From assembly GCA_963780185.1 (NCBI GenBank), contig CAWABA010000006.1, forward strand, positions 192,001-256,000: 64,000 nt of DNA, read 5' to 3'. Shown here piece after piece: positions 61,201 through 64,000 of this stretch. Within the stretch, counting starts at the first letter, position 1; every line of letters starts with the position of its first letter. The translations under genes were made by a program, and so were the position numbers. The stretch is from Candidatus Bathyarchaeota archaeon. Lineage in GTDB: Archaea; Thermoproteota; Bathyarchaeia; Bathyarchaeales; Bathycorpusculaceae. The notes beneath the pieces were generated by a model that was not told the origin of the DNA, ran no database searches, and worked only from the letters and a program-made list of their open reading frames with translations.

Positions 61201-61581
61201 CACCACATGGTCGCTGACAAGATACATGCCAGAGCACGAGGTCAAGTCCAGATGCTTACAAGGCAGCCAACTGAAGGCAGAGCAAGAGGCGGAGGCTTAA
61301 GATTCGGAGAAATGGAGCGAGACTGCCTCATCGGACACGGCGCTGCCATGCTGCTAAGAGACAGGCTGCTGGAGGAATCCGACAAGTACACGCTTTACAT
61401 ATGTGAGAACTGCGGGCAAATCGCTTACTTCGACATGAAGCAGAGGCGTTATGTTTGCAGGATATGCGACGAGAAAGCAAAGATTTCGCCAGTTATCGTT
61501 TCGTACGCTTTCAAGCTTCTTTTGCAGGAGCTTCAAAGCTTGTGTATTACGCCTAAACTCAGGCTTAAGGAGAAAGCATAA
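58213..61581 (+). CDS. rpoB: DNA-directed RNA polymerase subunit B (Rpo2, undivided)
   Basis: CPNETPEG, GYNMED, GDKFASRHGQKG, RFGEMERD, C-terminal Zn finger; 1122 aa. Confidence 0.99.
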   Translation: MTATIQKEDIHDLLKTFFKEKGLVRQHLDSYNEFIDHGLQEVTDEVAEIPIEVPESPYKVKLGQIWVIDPQSRITGPYVTEVDGTKHEIYPMEARLRNLAYSAPIALEMTPVIDGREQDTELVYIGNIPVMLKSKLCFLSQLSKEELIAAGEDPDDQGGYFIVNGSERVIVAMEDLAPNRVIVDIDEKGTSPVYQAKIFSTTVGFRARIELKLKSDDAIYVTMPGVPTEIPFVVIMRALSLEKDKEIAEAVSLDSEMQSQLAASFEKAIGVDTPADAVLFIGNRVAHGQVEEYRLQKAETALDKNFLPHLGRSEKNRKEKAIFLGEMAYRVLQLKTGKRQPDDKDHFKNKRLRLGGPLLADLFRVSFRNLTRDIKYQLERIGVKGPIITVSAAVRPGIITERFQHALATGNWGRGRVGITQLLDRTNYISTLSHLRRLQSPLSRSQPNFEARDLHPTHWGRLCPNETPEGSNCGLVKNLALSASIAVGVNPDRVRQLLFEMGTVPAGEASNELRISGAKVFVDGNIIGYCNNASEIVKSFREKRRTGEISTEANVTYFTKMMTENEELHANCDEGRVRRPLIIVENGISKLQPKHMEKISLGEWTWEDLVKNGLIEYLDAEEEENAYIALTFDQIQPDNTHVEIATYTILGICASTIPYPEHNQSPRNSYQAAMAKQALGVYGTNFHHRVDSRSHILHYPQVPMVETELMEVMGYKQRPTGQNCIVAVLSFEGYNMEDALIFNKASIERGLARSTFYRIYEAECRQYLGGLKDKFTVPEPGTRGYRGEQYYRLLEPDGIIGLESTVVGGDVLIGRISPPRFLEEYKEFEVKGPSMRDTSVDMRPSETGIVDGIFITMSGEGSQLVKVRVRDQRVPELGDKFASRHGQKGVIGLIVPQEDLPFSDGGITPDLIINPHAIPSRMTIGQFIESLAGKAASARGRPADGTPFSNEGPDEIRKSLIKLGFSHTGGETFYSGTTGEKFVADVFVGVVYYQKLHHMVADKIHARARGQVQMLTRQPTEGRARGGGLRFGEMERDCLIGHGAAMLLRDRLLEESDKYTLYICENCGQIAYFDMKQRRYVCRICDEKAKISPVIVSYAFKLLLQELQSLCITPKLRLKEKA

Positions 61582-61582
61582 C

Positions 61583-64000
61583 ATGTCACAACAGGAAGAA
61601 CTTATTCATAAGATAGTAGACGAAATCTCATTCGGCTTAATTTCACCGAAAGATCTACGAAAACAGTCAGTCGTCGAAATCCAAACTCCAGACACCTACG
61701 ATGAAGACGGCGCACCAATCACCGCTGGACTCATGGATGGCAGACTCGGCACCCTTGAGCCAAGGCAACGATGCAAAACCTGCGGCAACACAGCCATTCG
61801 ATGCCCGGGACATTTTGGACACATCGAACTTGCTGTCCCCATCGTACACATTGAATTTACAAAAATCATTTTTGACCTGCTGAAGTCAACCTGCCGCAGT
61901 TGCGGTCGCATACTTCTAACTGAAGACGCCGCCAAGAAAGCCCGACAACGCATCGAACGCCTCAACGAGCTCCTAGGAACGATCCCTGATGAAACTTACA
62001 AAGAAATCATGACTGAAATTAAAGCTAAACAGTGCCCGTATTGCGCGTCAGCTCAATTCAAAATCACTTTTGAGAAGCCGACAAAGTTTATTGAACAAAC
62101 TGAAGCCGGCTCCGAGCCTTTAACTCCAAGCATGATTAGGGAAAGGCTTGAACGCATTTCAGACGAAGACCTTGAAGTCTTAGGCTTCAACCCGAAAGTT
62201 GCCCGTCCAGAATGGATGGTTCTGCAGGTTCTGCCAGTACCGCCAGTCTATGTTCGTCCGTCAATCACGCTTGAATCAGGCATCCGCTCTGAAGACGACT
62301 TAACCCACAAACTCGTCGACATCATCCGCATCAACCAGCGCCTGAAAGAAAACATGGAAGCAGGTGCACCCACACTAATTATTCAGGACCTCTCGGAACT
62401 GCTCCAGTACCACGTTACCACCTACTTTAACAACGAAGCATCAGGTATCCCGCCAGCAAGGCACCGCAGCGGTAGAGCACTGAAAACTCTCTCGCAAAGG
62501 CTCAAAGGCAAGGAAGGACGTTTCAGAAGCAACCTTTCAGGCAAACGAGTTGACTTTTCCGCCCGTACAGTAATTTCTCCAGACCCTAACCTTGACATTA
62601 ACGAGGTAGGTGTACCTGTTGACGTTGCCATGCGGCTTTCTGTTCCCGAAAAAGTCACAGCTTGGAACATCGAGGAAATGAAGAAGCTTGTTATTAACGG
62701 TCCAGAAACCTATCCTGGCGCATTGTACATCATCAGGCCAGACGGCAAACGTATCCGACTTGAATTCGTTGTTGACCGAACCAAAATCGCTGAAGCCGTA
62801 GAACTTGGCTTCGTCGTTGAACGGCACCTAAAGAACGGCGACATCGCAATCTTCAATCGGCAACCTTCGCTTCACCGAATGTCAATCATGGCTCATTACG
62901 TTCGAGTTTTGCCATACAAGACTTTCAGGCTACACCTATGCGTCTGCCCACCTTACAACGCAGACTTTGACGGCGACGAAATGAACCTTCACGTTCCACA
63001 AAGCGAAGAAGCCCGAACCGAAGCGCTTCTTTTGATGCAGGTTCAAGACCAAATCCTTTCACCAAGATTCGGCGGACCCATCATCGGCGCCATCAGAGAC
63101 TTCATCACCAGCGCATACTACTTCACAAGAAAAGGCAACTACATCGAAAGGGCACAACTTGATAGGCTGCTTACATCAACAGGCTACACGGGAGAGATTC
63201 CTGAACCAGAAATCAAGGAACCCGTACCCATGTGGTCAGGCAAACAAGTCTTCAGCCTTTATCTGCCTAGAACGTTGAATTACGTTTTGAAAGCCAACAT
63301 CTGCCAAGGCTGCACCAAATGCGAAGAGGAAGAATGCAAGCATGACGCTTATGTTGTGGTCAGAAATGGGCAGTTGGTTTCAGGAGTCATCGACCGACGC
63401 TCAATCGGCTCCGAGCAGTCAGAAAGTTTGCTTCACAGGATAATCAAAGATTATGGCACACAAGCAGGAAGACAATTCCTCAACAACATAACCCACCTGC
63501 TAAAACTATACATTTCAATGCGAGGATTCAGCTATACGTACGAGCAACTGGTTCTTTCTCCAAGAGCTCGCAGTCGCATGGCAAAGACAATGGAGCGCAT
63601 TCAAAAGAAAATCGACGAACACATCGAAAACTTCCAAAACGGCACTCTCCCGCGGTTGCCAGGTCAAACCTTGGAGGAATCATTTGAAATTTACGTTATG
63701 CATGAGCTTGCCGTAGCCAGAGACGAATCAGGCAAAATAGCAGACGAAGACTTCACACTGGAAAATGCCGGCATCGTCATGACACGAACAGGCGCAAGAG
63801 GCTCAAGCCTAAACATCGGTCAGATGGCTGCTTGCGTTGGGCAACAGTCAGTCCGAGGCAAACGCATCTTAAGAGGCTACTCACAACGGGCATTGCCGCA
63901 CTTTAAAGAAAACGATCCTCTTCCAAGAGCAAGAGGCTTCGTCTACAATTCATACCAGTCAGGTTTGGATGCTATCGAATTCTTCTTCCACGCTATGGGC
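61583..64000 (+). CDS. rpoA1: DNA-directed RNA polymerase subunit A' (Rpo1N), truncated by window edge
   Basis: Manual translation from ATG 61583: CPGHFGHIELA, GKRVDFSAR, NRQPSLH, YNADFDGDEMN (~62955-62987). Confidence 0.98.
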   Translation, partial: MSQQEELIHKIVDEISFGLISPKDLRKQSVVEIQTPDTYDEDGAPITAGLMDGRLGTLEPRQRCKTCGNTAIRCPGHFGHIELAVPIVHIEFTKIIFDLLKSTCRSCGRILLTEDAAKKARQRIERLNELLGTIPDETYKEIMTEIKAKQCPYCASAQFKITFEKPTKFIEQTEAGSEPLTPSMIRERLERISDEDLEVLGFNPKVARPEWMVLQVLPVPPVYVRPSITLESGIRSEDDLTHKLVDIIRINQRLKENMEAGAPTLIIQDLSELLQYHVTTYFNNEASGIPPARHRSGRALKTLSQRLKGKEGRFRSNLSGKRVDFSARTVISPDPNLDINEVGVPVDVAMRLSVPEKVTAWNIEEMKKLVINGPETYPGALYIIRPDGKRIRLEFVVDRTKIAEAVELGFVVERHLKNGDIAIFNRQPSLHRMSIMAHYVRVLPYKTFRLHLCVCPPYNADFDGDEMNLHVPQSEEARTEALLLMQVQDQILSPRFGGPIIGAIRDFITSAYYFTRKGNYIERAQLDRLLTSTGYTGEIPEPEIKEPVPMWSGKQVFSLYLPRTLNYVLKANICQGCTKCEEEECKHDAYVVVRNGQLVSGVIDRRSIGSEQSESLLHRIIKDYGTQAGRQFLNNITHLLKLYISMRGFSYTYEQLVLSPRARSRMAKTMERIQKKIDEHIENFQNGTLPRLPGQTLEESFEIYVMHELAVARDESGKIADEDFTLENAGIVMTRTGARGSSLNIGQMAACVGQQSVRGKRILRGYSQRALPHFKENDPLPRARGFVYNSYQSGLDAIEFFFHAMG

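Noticed and set aside
58869-62827. Numerous antisense and alternative-frame ORFs over rpoB/rpoA1 (and over other long genes)
   Set aside because: Shadow ORFs of well-supported genes with biased codon usage
58213-64000. Inteins in RNA polymerase subunits
   Set aside because: RpoB has normal length and motif spacing; no intein splice or LAGLIDADG motifs noticed in the RpoA1 portion

Overview
Archaeal chromosomal segment, most consistent with Bathyarchaeia (TACK). This is inferred from the undivided RpoB, class II HMG-CoA reductase, a multi-intron tRNA, and an expansion of PQQ/Kelch/NosD surface proteins with C-terminal anchors. Housekeeping genes: EF-1alpha, XPF/ERCC4, mdh, acdB, cca-thpR, hmgA, pepF, rpoB and partial rpoA1. 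A non-archaellum type IV pilus locus (10.6-22 kb) has five pilin-like genes, including a ~1,330-aa pilin-adhesin, and a prepilin peptidase 4.4 kb downstream. The window also has two paralogous ~940-aa PQQ-propeller surface proteins and a cluster of secreted or membrane-anchored hydrolases (G1 glutamic peptidase, arylsulfotransferase, phosphoesterase/PLC, esterase). Features not in the ORF track: (i) a two-intron tRNA-Leu(CAA) whose 3' end is repeated, degenerately, ~740 bp downstream, enclosing two paralogous antitoxin-like genes and a truncated RelE-like toxin start; (ii) an identical tandem palindromic element (AAAGTCTCAACTT x2, 24-bp period) upstream of both tuf and rpoB; (iii) further operator-like palindromes, a candidate structured RNA, an unlisted 55-aa ORF and a 0.9-kb oriC-like intergenic region. 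Many genes carry single-base frameshifts, probably assembly errors. All calls come from reading motifs by eye; no searches were run.
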